A stretch of DNA of 63,975 bases, counting the filler, from Octopus bimaculoides (Eukaryota), in assembly GCF_001194135.2 (NCBI RefSeq). It is 6 parts of 5 records of this genome, joined end to end, with 100 filler letters (N's around TTAATTAATTAA, not from the genome) between each part and the next. Parts side by side here need not be neighbours in the genome. Positions count along the whole stretch, not along the records: positions 12,478 to 40,159 come from NC_068981.1; 5 more parts are not named here. One strand, written 5' to 3'. Of the stretch, positions 23,490 to 36,858 are shown in pieces. The translations under genes and the position numbers were made by a program. The first letter of the stretch is position 1, and every line of letters starts with the position of its first letter. The notes beneath the pieces were generated by a model. That model made no database searches and was not told the DNA's origin. It saw only the letters and a list, made by a program, of their open reading frames with translations.

Positions 23490-25230
23490 ATGGTACCTGT
23501 AACAAGATACTATCACAATAGAATATTATTCCGAATAAAGAAAATACGAACCTCGGAGCTCTCTGCATTCAATGAAACAGTGGTCCACAATGTGTTTGCA
23601 GTGCCAGTACGAACATTTGGCCTACTTGATGCGGTCCGAGCCAATGGTGTGAAAATCTGGAAGATACTTACCGGCACACAATTTCCACATCAACAGTGAC
23701 GAAGGTCGCTTCTACCTAAAACAAAAACAAGGCGGAAGAGGCTTGTAGCAGTCAGTGCCATATTGGTTGAGATCTCGCGGCAGCCATTGCCATCTCCAAG
23801 ACTGGAGCGACACCTCACCTGCATCCATTTGCCATGCGCGAGCTCACAATGAGGCTTGCGATGGCAAAACTATAAAAGGAAAGAAACCTCGAGGTTCGTT
23901 CTCACTTTTCCCGCTGCGACTGATAGCAGAGCACACTTCGCTAGCTTGTCCTCTAGGCTAGTCTGCTTGTCGCATCTCCTGAAGCAATGGCTCACGTGAC
24001 AGAGAACGATGAATTTATAACGCATGAGATGGCTGCAAAAGAGCAACATACCACACCTTTGTATATATTGTAAATAAAAACTAATGGAGAACCTGCGTTT
24101 TGCCTAATACTTCTTTACTCGACTGCTGGAGACTTAACAACACGAAGAATAAGAAATTAATGGGAGAAAGGCGATGTTCAACCGATATCCAGAACATTGC
24201 CTCCCATTATAGGCTTCACATCAATCCAGACTGCCTTTGAGTGTCGTATCACATCCCTTCGGCAACATCATTTAACCACTAAATGTCGAAGTGCATCCCT
24301 TGACCAAGTTTGCATACATGAAGCTGATAACATCATGAGATTTGGAAAGTAGCTCCTTGAGCAGCATTCCCTGTCTGATAACCTTGAATACATGCCCAAA
24401 GAAGAGGCACGACTTTATCGCAACGTATCATCAGATGAAAGGATGAGAATGTATCAGTAGAAGACCATGCATGGATATGTTAGTAGAAAACTCCGAAATG
24501 ATAGTTACATTGATCACAAAAGCAGTCTATCATGGACCAACAACTGGATTACTACCTCCCACTTTGAAGGGTATCCGTTTGCAATCCAGGAACAAGAAAT
24601 ATCAACCAAATAGCTGATTCACAAAAGGAGCAGAGACGCAGGAAAAGCAGCAAAATGTGACAACCGATGCAGACTTCGTGGAGCCCACATCATAAGCAGT
24701 TGTCCGAAAATGTCATCACGGTTTTATCTACCGATGAGACATGGTGTTGTGGCTAAGACACTGTAGAATGAGATCCGTCGGAAGGATAACCCTGAAGCCA
24801 AAGAAATAAGAACCCACAGTATGGTGGAAGCCATAGCCACTCATAATAAGAAAGAGTACTGATGGAATGTCCTGAAGAAAACCTCAATAAAATGTAAACA
24901 TAATAGACCTGGCATAATGACTTGAGAGAAGAGAAACTGTGTACAGTTGTGGATATCAGCTGCCCAGTAGAAGGTTAACATTAATATAAAGATTAGCGAA
25001 AAAGAAAATACCAACACCGAAATGTTGAGAAATCTACAGTTACCCTACGCAGATTACAATTTCAGGTTTATACCTGTAATTATTGGGGCACTGTGATATG
25101 CAACACACTGCCTAAGTACTAATCTTCAGAAATTAGGCGTCTCAAAATCAGAAACGAGAAAACTGATTCGAAGACTACAGATTCAAGCCATCACTGAAAC
25201 TATAAAAATCTAAAACTTTTAAGACGTTTA
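23490..25230 (+). mobile_element. 5'-truncated R4/Dong-clade retrotransposon (late RT region, Zn-knuckle, RLE), degraded
   Basis: HNVFAVPV.TFG, KTMHGY, KCDNRCRL...ISSCPKMS...RHGVVAK, HNRPG...VVDISCP, FIPVIIGAL in broken frames. Confidence 0.88.
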
Positions 25231-25312
25231 TCATTTAAGTATATATGAGCATGTCTAGACATGCAGTTATATGCATAAAAATATATACACAAAATAAAAC
25301 ATGCAAACCTAC

Positions 25313-25660
25313 ACATGGTTCCAGGTTCAGTCCCACTTTGTGACACGGGCAAGTGTCTTCTACTATAGCCTTGGGCCGACCAAAGCCTTGTGAGAGGATT
25401 TGGACCAAAAGCCTTGAAAACCGGTGCTAGTATGTTTACGTCCTAGTAACTTAGTGGTTCGGTAAAAGAGGCTGATAGAATAAGTACCAGGCTTATAAAA
25501 ATAAGTACTGAGATTGATACATTCGACTAAAATTTCTTCAGGCAGTATCCCAACATTGTCACAGTCTCGTGACTGAAACAAATAAAAGATAAAAGATATA
25601 CATTTTAAGGCGGTGCTCTAACATGGCCGCAGTCAAATGACTGAAGCAAGTTAAAGAAAT
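25313..25660 (+). mobile_element. SINE family A, rearranged, with 3' tail segments
   Basis: GGTTCAGTCCC...GGGCAAGTGTCTTCTACTATAGCC; tail GCAGTCAAATGACTGAAGCAAG. Confidence 0.8.
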
Positions 25661-26291
25661 ACATACATACATACATACATACATACCCTGTTGATGTTGT
25701 TGAAATTCCAATAAAGGAGCCTTGGGTATCGATTATAAACCGACTCACTCTATTGGCAAGAAATCTTGAAATTAAACCAAATAACCACACACACACATGC
25801 ACACATACACACACACACGCACACACACACACATAATACATACATACATACATGCATGCATGCATACATACATACATACATGCATACGTACATAATGCAT
25901 GGAAATATACACAGTGATGTCATTAAACTAGACTTTAGTTTTTTTTTTGCGTCAAATAAAAAGATAAGAAACGTACAGCATTAATTAATTTGTGAAGGCA
26001 ATAATAAAGACGAACCCCGCAAATGTATACGATTTAGGTAAGATCTTTCAAAAGAGTTCAGAGGTTAGAAAATATTTTCAACTTATTAAAAGTGTAGACA
26101 CGCAGGGAATGCAATAGCCTTCACAATTTGATTCCATTGAAATACGAAGAGGAGAAATTAAAATAAACCATACTTATCAACAGAAATAACTGCATTGATA
26201 TCGAAAATTTCATTTCATTTTCTTATGTTCAAATATATGATGTTTATTTAAAATAAGTCAAATGAACAAATATACACAAACAACCTGTTAA

Positions 26292-26833
26292 AATGTTAAA
26301 TCTCTGAACGAGGTATAAACAGTAACTGCACGACAACGTGAAGTATACTTGCCACTTAAATTCGGCTAAACCCTAAGGGTGAATGTTACTGTAGCTTTTA
26401 GTCCCAGGAGAACATCTCCTCCAGCCAGCTATTGACACACTTTCTGTGCCCTGTCGGTATTTGCAAAGGGAAGTCATCCTTCCCATCGACGATCTGACGT
26501 GATACGCACGGACCCGGGTTTCTGGGTATTTACCCTTCGTCCTTGGAAAAAGGATATATGTATTTGCATTGGGAGCCCTTCGCATCGAAGATCGGTGATT
26601 GTCGTACGATTGTCTGTGCGTATCACGTCAGATCGACGATGGGAAGGATGACTTCCCTTCGCAAATACCGACAGGGCACAGAAAGTGTGTCAATAGATGG
26701 CTGGCGGATATGTTCTCCTGGGGCTAAAAGGTACAGTAGCATTCACCCTTAGGGTTTAGCCGCATTTAAGTGGCAAATATACTTCACGTTGTCGTGCAGT
26801 TACTGTTTATATCTCGTTCAAAGATTTAACATT
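26292..26833. mobile_element. Foldback/MITE-like element: 222-bp inverted arms around a 98-bp spacer
   Basis: 26292-26513 vs reverse complement of 26612-26833: 13 mismatches and no indels by manual alignment (~94%). No TSD identified. Confidence 0.85.
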
Positions 26834-26845
26834 GCTTATATATAT

Positions 26846-27699
26846 ATGTGGCTTGCTTGTTTGTTATACTTTGTTTATCATTTTGTCCATGTTCTTTTGC
26901 CACGTCATGTACCCAGTGATGTATCTATATGTACATGCAGATGAAGGTATGTACATACATGTACATATATATGCATATACTCATATATTGTTTGTATCAC
27001 GACAGAACGCACGCGTTAACCTTTATACAGTAAGTTTTAACTATTTTTCTAACGCGACTCTCTCTCTATCTCTATATCTATTTCCCCCTCTCCTTCTTCC
27101 CTCTACTGCTCTTCGCCTCTCCCTGTCACTACTATCTCTCTCTCTCTCTGTCTCTTGTTGCTCGTCCTTCGCCTCTCACCGTTACTACTACTATATCTCT
27201 CTCCCTCTCTACCTCTCGTTGCTCACTCTTATTCTACTTCCTCCCCTTCTTTTCCCTCTGCTACTCTTCCTTTTTACACAGCCCTGGTCACGTGTGTCTG
27301 GCTGCCATTTCTTTTCGTTCATGGACTCCCCAAGCTCGCACGGACTTCTTTGCCCCTCATGTTCGTGCTTCACAGCGTTCAATACATACACACTTCACGT
27401 CTGGCTGTACAGCCTTTTTGCTTGTTTGTTTATTCACCGTTTCGTTTTCCTGTCTTGTTTTCCGTCCGCCACTACCCTCCACGAAAAAATTTAATTTGTG
27501 TTCGTGGGAAGAACCATTTTAACGATGCGTACTGCCTTAATTCTTCGAAACGCCGGTGTTTTAATGGTGGCAGCTGATGAAGGAGATGTTTCTATGTGGC
27601 TTGCTTGTTTGTTGTACCTTGTATATCATTTTGTCCATGTTCTTTTGCCACGTCATGTACCCAGTTATGTATCTATATGTACATGTAGATGAAGGTATG
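26846..27699 (+). repeat. Repeat unit with ~107-bp direct repeat (26846-26951 and 27592-27699); its 3' part is homologous to 33824-34117
   Basis: atgtggcttgcttgtttgtt...ccacgtcatgtacccag...gatgaaggtatg occurs twice; CT-rich interior; shared accctccac..aatttaatttg and ..tgtaccca with the 33.9-kb copy. Confidence 0.8.
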
Positions 27700-28074
27700 N
27701 NNNNNNNNNNNNNNNNNNNNNNNNNNNNNNNNNNNNNNNNNNNNNNNNNNNNNNNNNNNNNNNNNNNNNNNNNNNNNNNNNNNNNNNNNNNNNNNNNNNN
27801 NNNNNNNNNNNNNNNNNNNNNNNNNNNNNNNNNNNNNNNNNNNNNNNNNNNNNNNNNNNNNNNNNNNNNNNNNNNNNNNNNNNNNNNNNNNNNNNNNNNN
27901 NNNNNNNNNNNNNNNNNNNNNNNNNNNNNNNNNNNNNNNNNNNNNNNNNNNNNNNNNNNNNNNNNNNNNNNNNNNNNNNNNNNNNNNTATATATATATGA
28001 AACAAACAAGAAGATGATATTCATTCGAACGCAGTATTAGAATTAGAACAGCAGGAATACTAGGCAGATTACCC

Positions 28075-28160
28075 TTACAAGGCGAAAAAGAAAAAGGTGT
28101 CAGCAAACAGGCATGGGATTCGAATCTACATCTCCCAAGACTCCGGCTGAGTGCGTTAAC
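28075..28160 (-). mobile_element. tRNA-like SINE head; related motif on plus at ~58350-58420
   Basis: TAGCTTAATG...GAGATGTAGATTCGAATCCCA vs GAGATGTGGGTTCGAATTCCA. Confidence 0.55.
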
Positions 28161-28369
28161 ATTAAGCTAAACTGCCCGCTGACAAATTCATCTCCCGATT
28201 TAGACGCTAAATAGCTCATTAAACAACCACGCGTGTATAGATATAAACAAACTTATATTTGTTTTTATTAGAAGCGTGGAAATGTGTATTGCACGATACA
28301 AAAAAGATGATATTTTTTCGAACGCAGTATTACCGTTAGAACAGCAGAAATATTGGTGAATTAAAGGAA

Positions 28370-30810
28370 GTTGAAAGTGGTTATACATCCTTTGGCAGAT
28401 GAACCAAGAATTCATGGTGTTGGCTTTGCAATTAAAACGACACAAGTTCGCAAATTGCTATCCATTCCTCAAACTGTTGATGAGTGTTTCACGACATTCC
28501 GTTTCCTGATAGGTAAATCCTCATCTATGCACATTATCAGTGCATATGCACCTACCTTATCAGAATCCGAACAAGAACACAACGTCTTCTACTCTAAACT
28601 GCGGACTATAGCCAGTAAAATTCCATACCATGACAAAATCAGACTGATGGGCGATTTTAATGCCAGAATAGGCAGAAGTAATGGGAAAGCATGGGGCAGG
28701 AGCGATGAATAAAAGTGGATTACGAATGTCAACAGTTCGGTCTAACAATCACAAATACAATGTTACAGTAGGCAGACAAATACAAAAACACTTAGAAGCA
28801 TCCCCGATCTGGTCACTGGCACATGCTGGACAATGTTATAACTAAGAATAAGGATTGCAGTGATTTCAGATTGATCAGAACTCATAAAACTCCTGAGTGT
28901 TTGTCGGAGCACAGAATGTTTCGCAGCAAGGTATTTGTTAAACCATATGCGAAGAGACCATTGAGATCTAGTATACACTCGAGAATAAACGTCGCTTCTT
29001 GAAAAAATCCAGAAATGACAAAAAATTTTGAAATCCACTTAAACTCAAAGCTTGCGGAAATAGAGGAATGCAATAACCCCGAAGTGTTGTGACAGCATCA
29101 AATCATCTGCCGAAGTAGATTTAGGATTCATGAAACGCAAGCACCAAGATTGGTTCGACGAGAACGATCCTCAAATTAAACCTCTCCCAGAAACTGTGCA
29201 CATGGGACAGAAGGCATGGATTTCAAGTAAAAACTCACCAACAATCAAGACCCTATACATCTCCTCTAGAAAAACTACACAGAAAAACTATGTGAGATGA
29301 AAAATTCTAGGTGGGCAAAAATAAAAAGCCTAAGAATTGGAACAGGCTTTTAACTCTCACAACTTGAGAGCACTGTATGACAATCTGAAAGGTATATTTG
29401 GTCCAAGAAAGGGTACCACAGAACGTATTCGCTCTAACGACGGAACCAAACTCTTAAATAGCAAAGAATCCACTACCGACCCTGAAGTAATCTACGAAAC
29501 CCCCCCAGTAGCCTATGATTGAAGAACTAGCTGAAGTTCCTTTCTTAGAAGAGATGATTACTGCTATCAAAATCTTTCCAATAGTAAAGCTCCTGGACAA
29601 GAGGGTATTCCCATAGAGGTGTACAAACACGATGACAGACAACTTGTAAGTAAGTTGCGCATATTGATCTGTTTGATCTGGAAAACTGGATATGTGCCTC
29701 AAGAGTCCAAAGATTCATCTATAACGCGCTTGTACAAAAACAAGGGGAAGAAGAGTGCATGTGATAATCACTTGCTGTGCATAGTTGGAAAAATTCTTGC
29801 GAGGGTGACCCTTAATCGCAGCAATAAACATGTAATAAACAACATATAACCTGAATTCCAATGTGGATTTCGAGCTGGGAGAGGCACAGTTGGCATGGTA
29901 TCTCCCCACCACCACCACCACCATCAAGTTCAAGAGAAAGCACGTGAACAAAATGCTGACATGTGCATTGCCTTTATCGACTTGACCAAGGCCTTTGATA
30001 CGGTGAATCGTGAGACGCTCTGGAAAATTTTGTCAAAAGCTGGATTTCTTGATAAAATGATAAGGGCAATAGTATCCCTGTACAAAGGAATAATAACAAC
30101 AGTGCTATTTAGTAGCCAATGTTCAGAGGCATTTTCTCTTGCCACTGGAACCAAACAGACATGTGTTTTAGCCCCTGTACTTTTTTCCATATTCTTTTCA
30201 ATGATGCTCGTACATGCTTTCAGGGATTACCACGAAGGTATAAAATTCCAGTTTCGTACAGGATGTCTATTATATCTGAAAGGGCAAAGTTTCAGATCAA
30301 AGAAAAAAAACCAAGAATGATTCTGTGTGACTTTCTATTTGCTGATGATTGTGCTTTGATTTCTCACACATTTGAGGGAATTCAGAAAACGGTCGACCGT
30401 TTTCTGCGGCAGCTTGTGCATTTGGACTGACTATCAGCATCAAGAAGACTGAAGTTTTATTCCAACCAAAGCCAGGGGCAGAACATACTTAAGGCTCAAA
30501 CGTGATGATGAACAACAAGTCACTCAAATGGGTCAGGTCGTTTAAATATATTGGAAGTACAGTTAACTTTAAAGGTACTCTTGTTGGCAAAATCAATGAT
30601 AGAAAAGCTAAGGCTACACTTGCTTTGGGAAGACTTGCCCATCGTTTGTGGGATGAACACGATGTCAGTCTGAAAACAAAACTAAGTGTATACAAATTTT
30701 TGTATTTTGAGCACCCTTTTGTATGGGAAAGAAGCATAAACTCCCGACTACAGACATTTAAAGGAACTTGAAACCTTTCACAAGTGCCGTTTACGCAACA
30801 TATGCAACAT
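28370..30810 (+). pseudogene. Decayed RTE-clade LINE (APE + RT)
   Basis: RIHGVGFAIK, IISAYAPT, MGDFNARIG, QCGFRAGRGT, AFIDLTKAFDTVNR, VLAPVLFSIFF, FLFADDCAL, FKYIGS; many stops and frameshifts. Confidence 0.95.
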
Positions 30811-31370
30811 TTTGTCCGTCGTGCTGACGATTCTGCCAGTTCGCTGCCTTAGAGACGATCTTTCATATTGAGGCGTCTCATATAACGACTCCTTGCTTCT
30901 AAAATATCAGTAATTCTGATTAAACACCATGATATGTTATAAATTTTCAATGCAGTTTATTACTGGAGATTGTTCAAGCCAAAGCCAAACAAATGTGTAT
31001 GATTTTGAATAACCATTTTCAATGTAGTGTAGATGATAATAAATGCATTATCATGTCGGATTATCACTAGCCTAGAATAAGTAGGCGGTTTTCATAAATG
31101 GAACAATATGATTTGTAAACATTTTTCCTTATAATGATTAATGTGCGATACCATTTTTCTTGCAGAGAACGAGTGGTCGAACATCTTGAGTGGTGCCCAC
31201 ATGTCTATTGCATTAAAATTATTTCCATATCGATGTTTAACACTTTTTTTTTAATAATCCTAGACTTTTGGTTGAAGACAGTGACTTTCCTGCCCACATA
31301 TTTTTTACACTATTTTGCTCATTCCAGCTTCAATTTCTTTTGCATTAATCGTGTATCTTCTACATTATCT

Positions 31371-31780
31371 TTTACTTGTTTCAGCCATTAGACTGCGGCC
31401 ATGCTGCAGCACCACCTCGAAGAATTTTTAATCGAATGAATTGACCCCAGTGCTATGTTTTTAAAAGTTTGGTACTTATTCTATCGGTCACTTTTGCCAA
31501 GCCACTAAGTTACGGGGTCGTAAACACACCAACACTGGTTATCAAGCGCTAGCGGTGGGGAAACACAAACACACACACGCATACGATGGGCTCTTTCACT
31601 TACCGTCTATCAAATCCTTTTACAAGGTTTTGGTCGGTCCGAGGCTAAAGTAGAAAACACTCGCCCAAGGCTATCGTAGAAGACACTTGCCCGAGGCTAT
31701 AGTAGAAGACACTTGCCCAGTGAGGCTGAACTCAGTACCATGTGTTTGGAAAGTAAGCTTCTTGCCTCACAGCCGCACCT
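31371..31780 (-). mobile_element. Full-length SINE family A with internal ~24-bp triplication
   Basis: Head plus microsatellite plus tail; aggcta.agtagaa.acact.gcc repeated three times (~31643-31719). Confidence 0.9.
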
Positions 31781-32639
31781 GTATGTATAAATTTATTTGT
31801 TCTTAATTGTTAACCTTTTGATTTTTATTCTCTTAATTTTCACCTTTATTTCGCCAAGTCTCTGGTTTTTAGCCTGGGAAGTAAAACAACAAATTTTTAT
31901 CTAGTTTGAATCGAGATCCTTACAAAATATATATCCCATCGTGCAAATATCAGGAAATCTGTATATATTTAACCCCCACCCCAACTTAAGCTATAAATAA
32001 AGCATTCGTTAGCAAGTAAACTGAATGCTTCGTCCGTGTTATCTGCAAGTGTCCAGTTTTCGTACATTTACAGTAAGTTCACGGTTACCAGAATCTTCTA
32101 CAGTTTCAGTTTGGTGGCTTTTCCCTAAATCGCTTAGCTTTGTCATGTCAAATGAGGATAAACAAAATCATGCTATATTCCTTTACAGAGCTGCTAACAC
32201 TGTTCAAAGTAAATCCGACGTATTTAAAGTTGTCAACTTATATATATATATATATATTCTATAATGGCCGCTCACATCTATTTCGACGTATGTGTGTTTG
32301 AAGGAGAAGATTTAAAGTTAAAGAGATTAATAGAAAAAAAAAAAGAAGAGGGAAAAGAAAAAAACTTTTCAAAAAAAAAAAGAAAAAGAAAAAGAGAAGG
32401 CAAAAATTAAGAAGCTGCATATGTTTGCGATAGATGCGTGAATGTAATTTGAGTGCAGGTATGGACTTTGCTATGAAGTCGCAGTGGGGACATTGATGAT
32501 TTTGATTTTGCCTAGGATTAGGTAAATGTGTCGGTTGGTTTCAGGATATAATTCTTCTCTTGTTCTTTTTCTTCAACTCAAATTGTTTTGATGCATCATG
32601 ACACATTTCACAAAAAAATAAATAAATAAAAAAATAAAA

Positions 32640-33068
32640 AAATCACAAGGAAGATATTCTACGTGAGTTTTCTGTTTGCTGTTGATAGCACTTTGATTTC
32701 TCACACATTTGAGGGAATTCAGAAAACGGTCGACCGTTTTCTGCTGCAGCTCGTGCATTTGGACTGACTATCAGCATCAAGAAGACTGAAGTTTTATTCC
32801 AACCAAAGCCTGGGGCAGGACATACTTAAGGCTCAAACGTGATGATGAACAACAAGTCACTCAAATGGGTCAAGTCGTTTAAATATATTGGAAGTACAAT
32901 TAACTTTAAAGGTACACTTGTTGACGAAATCAATGATAGAATAGCTAAGGCTACACTTGCTTTGGGAAGACTTGCCCATCGTTTGTGGGATGAACACGAT
33001 GTCAGTGTGAAAACTAAAATAAGTGAATACAAATTTTGTATTTTGAGCACACTTTTGTATGGGGAAGA
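32640..33068 (+). repeat. Local duplicate of the RTE RT segment at ~30305-30735
   Basis: High identity (>90% by eye) with shared lesions; joined directly to SINE family A (33069-33185, minus). Confidence 0.92.
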
Positions 33069-33704
33069 AGCATGACTTTGGTCGGCCCGAGGCTATAGTA
33101 GAAGACACTTGCCCAAGGTGCCACGCAGTGAGACTGAACCCGGAATCATGTGGTTGGGAAGCAAGCTTCTTACCACACAGCCACGTCATGTGTGTGTGTA
33201 GTGGCTGTCGACTCGTAGCCCAGAATGGCATCACTGACAAATTATCTTACCCCAGTTATTAGAGACAATGACTGTGAGCAATCGGGTACTGAAATAACAT
33301 GTTGCACAACATCGCAGACTCTCACCTTCAAAGCCAAGTAGTCCAGAAACAAGCTAGAGCAATATCTCAGGCTTTGCAGTGAAGCGGGTGTTATTTCGGA
33401 ACTTCCTCCTAGTGTGATGGCTAAACGTCACTTCCAGCTTTTGGATGGACGTTGACTCTACGCAGGCATCCAGTGTAAAACCACTCTCTTTACCAAGCAG
33501 GTATGGTAGTGTTGCCGGTTTAGCCGCCTACGGCCAGACTGTACGACAGGTTGTACTGAATTACATGTCATCAGTAGCACTAATATATATATTTCTCAGT
33601 GTACGTGACTGAAGCATTAACTCAAAATATCTCTTATAGACGTGGAGTGTTCGCTATAGTTTTAACACAGTATATCCATAAGAGATACTGCAGCTAACTG
33701 CCTT

Positions 33705-33787
33705 TCAATGACGTTAATTTCACGAGCAAGCTTTTCCGTTGATCGGATCAACTGGAACACTCATCTTCGTAACCGACGGAGTGCCAC
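33705..33787 (+). mobile_element. SINE family B 3' tail
   Basis: TTCCGTTGATCGGATCAACTGGAAC...CGACGGAGTGCCA. Confidence 0.85.
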
Positions 33788-36457
33788 ATTTATATTTCAC
33801 CTCATTATGGCTCAACAGCCCTTACCGTTTGTTTTAACTGTCCTGTTTTTGTTACCAACTTTGACCCTCCACAAATCCTAAATTTTATTTAATTTGCTTT
33901 GCGGGAGTGACTGTTTTGACGAAGACGCATCTTGTCCTAACGCTCGACATGCGGAGTAGATAAAACAGTGGACAACTGACGAAGAGATTGTTCTTTATGT
34001 TCTTTATGTTGCCTATTTGTTTCTTTCGTTGTGCAAAAAAATGTTCGTTTTCAATGTTTTTGTATTTCAGGTTCTTGTTTTTCGTGTTGTTTACGTTTTT
34101 TTTACGTCCTGTACCCANNNNNNNNNNNNNNNNNNNNNNNNNNNNNNNNNNNNNNNNNNNNNNNNNNNNNNNNNNNNNNNNNNNNNNNNNNNNNNNNNNN
34201 NNNNNNNNNNNNNNNNNTACACGCACACACACACAACACCCCACATGCACATTTGAAGTTAACGTTTTACATAAAATTGAAAAAACAAAATGAAAATATA
34301 GCAGTTAATTCATGAGTAGAGTCTAAATAATTTATTAGACTGTCAAATAAATTATATTATGCAAAACACTATATTCATAAGGTTGTGTGACTGTGACGTC
34401 AATGTTTCGTTAGTGAATATGTATTTGTATTTTCGATACTGGTTATCTTTACCCTAGATTAACTATTTATATACAAGCAGCTGCAGTATATACGTGAACA
34501 GTGTTGATTTTGAGCCAAATGAATGACGCGTGTGAAATGGCACGTATGATAGGTTTCATATCGACAGAAAATAGGTTACGTAAATTTCCAGTGAACTTCC
34601 TCCGCTTAATAGTGAAGAGAGGGTCAATGCATGTCAAAAACCACGTAGCATATAATAGATGTCAAAAACTACGTACATGGCGAGTCAGAGTTTACAGTGC
34701 GAGCACAATAATTACTGTCGTTATTCGAAGCAGACGTACAAAACTGTACTCTAGTAATGCAAAACCTCGTTTTCTGTAGGTTGGTACATGTAAGAAAACT
34801 TGGGTATCAATAGAATTTCGAGGAAGAAGCTTTGGAGAGAAATAATTGGAGAATGCAGTAGAGAGATGAGTAAAGGAGAAACGGATAGTATACATGAAAC
34901 AAACGGGACAGGATGTAGGTTTTATACAAATTGCTAATTCAGAGAAGCTGAGACCACTGTAGTGGCAGTGGAAAACAAATCCGGAAGAAACAGAGCATCT
35001 GTGAATCATTGGCTTTGCTGAATGCTGTTATTTGGATGCAATGTAGAATGACTGTCTGTATAGAATCTGTGCTTCTCCAAACAGTGTAAGGCTCACTTGA
35101 GCATTGCAGATAGTCAACAACTAAAGTGTGTTCTGGCAACGAAAAAAACAAACAAAAAACAAAATTAACCTTTGTGATGTAGATTCGAAAATGTTACATT
35201 GTACGGTCACTATGTGGGGTCATCACGGAGCATTAGATGGGTGTTGTTCAGGCGTAGAAAGGATGAAGTGAAATACTGACTTCTTGAAATGTGTAGCAAT
35301 TGCGAACTGGGGTTGCTGACAGAGATTAGTTTGTAAGACCGCAATTAAAAGATATTTTTGAGGTCTGTTTTCAGGCGCCGTTCATATCTAATGTTAAATG
35401 TCTATGTAGCGTGTGACAGACACTTATATTTAAAAATTAAAGGAGCATATACTAGATATAACCTGCATAAAAATGTATGCGGCTAAGTGTAACCATGTAT
35501 ATGTACATATACATATAATTAATGTACAAAAGAAATGTGATACACCAGACATGGTCAAGCGATGATGCGAACTGATAAACCATTTATGAGGTAAAAGATG
35601 CGGGAGTGGATGAGACTTTTGACAGCAATCTCAGGATGTTCTCATGTCCAATAGAATCGAAAGTTTTGCTGGTATCAAGAAGATCAACTTTGTTTGGTCA
35701 AAGTTTTTTAGGGCAAGAAACTTGCAATATGTAAGTCAGAGGAGCAAATGTACAATAAATCTGGTTTTACATAAACTGTAGCAGAAATCACTGAGAAGAG
35801 AAAAAGATCTCTATATAAAGAAATATCATTTTACACATTTTTATTTTATCAACTGAAAAATATTTGAAATGATCCCCATAGTTCATAGTGAAAAATGGTT
35901 CCTTCTTGGGAATAGGACTCACCATCGTGTATTTCTATAGATTAGGTTATAGTCATGTAGGAACATAAAGATTGAATATTTTTGGTAAGGACAGGAGATA
36001 AACTGAAGGTAACTGATGATACACAGATCTTTATGAGGTTAGAACGATGCGGAGATACAACATATCACCATACAATACATAACGGTGACTTCTGAAAAGA
36101 AAATCTTCATTAAATGAATACACGAACATAAAAACTGATATTGCTCCATAATTATTCAATATGTTCGTCCTTTTTTATGATGCTAGGGTTATGATTGTGG
36201 GAGATTTGGCTCCTATTACTCGCAGGTCGACAAAGAAGTTAGAGACTTTCTCGTTATTGATATGATCTCACGAATGCTAATCGACCATTTTAAAGAGTAA
36301 TATTGGTGAATGCAGTACGTTGACAAGTATTCTAATTATTCTTACGAATTGTTAAAAATCCTTTTCTGTTTTCTTATAAGTTTGTAAGATAGTTTATAGT
36401 TACTAGTGCAATGCAGATTCGCCATCTCTGGAGTTATTTAGTATTCTATTCTTTTAT

Positions 36458-36858
36458 TCTTTTACTTGTTTCAGTCATTTGACTGTGGCCATGCTAGAGC
36501 ACCACCTTTTTTAGTCGAGCAAATCAAGCTAGGACTTATTCTTTGTAAGCCTAGTACTTATTCTATCGGTCTCTTTTTGCCGAACAGCTAAGTTACGGGG
36601 ACGTAAACACACCAACATCGCATGTCAAGCGATATTGGGGGGACAAACACAGACACACAAACACACACACACACACACACACATATATACATATATATGA
36701 TGGGCTTCTTTCAGTTTGTCTACCAAATCCACTCACAAGGGTTTGGTCGACCCGAAGCTATAGTAGAAGACACTTGCCCAAGGTGCCCCGCAGTGGGACG
36801 GAAACCGGAACCATGTGGCTGGTTAGCAAGCTACTTACCACACAGCCACTCCTGCTCC
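36458..36858 (-). mobile_element. Full-length SINE family A
   Basis: Homologous to 31371-31780 and 42530-42925. Confidence 0.92.
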
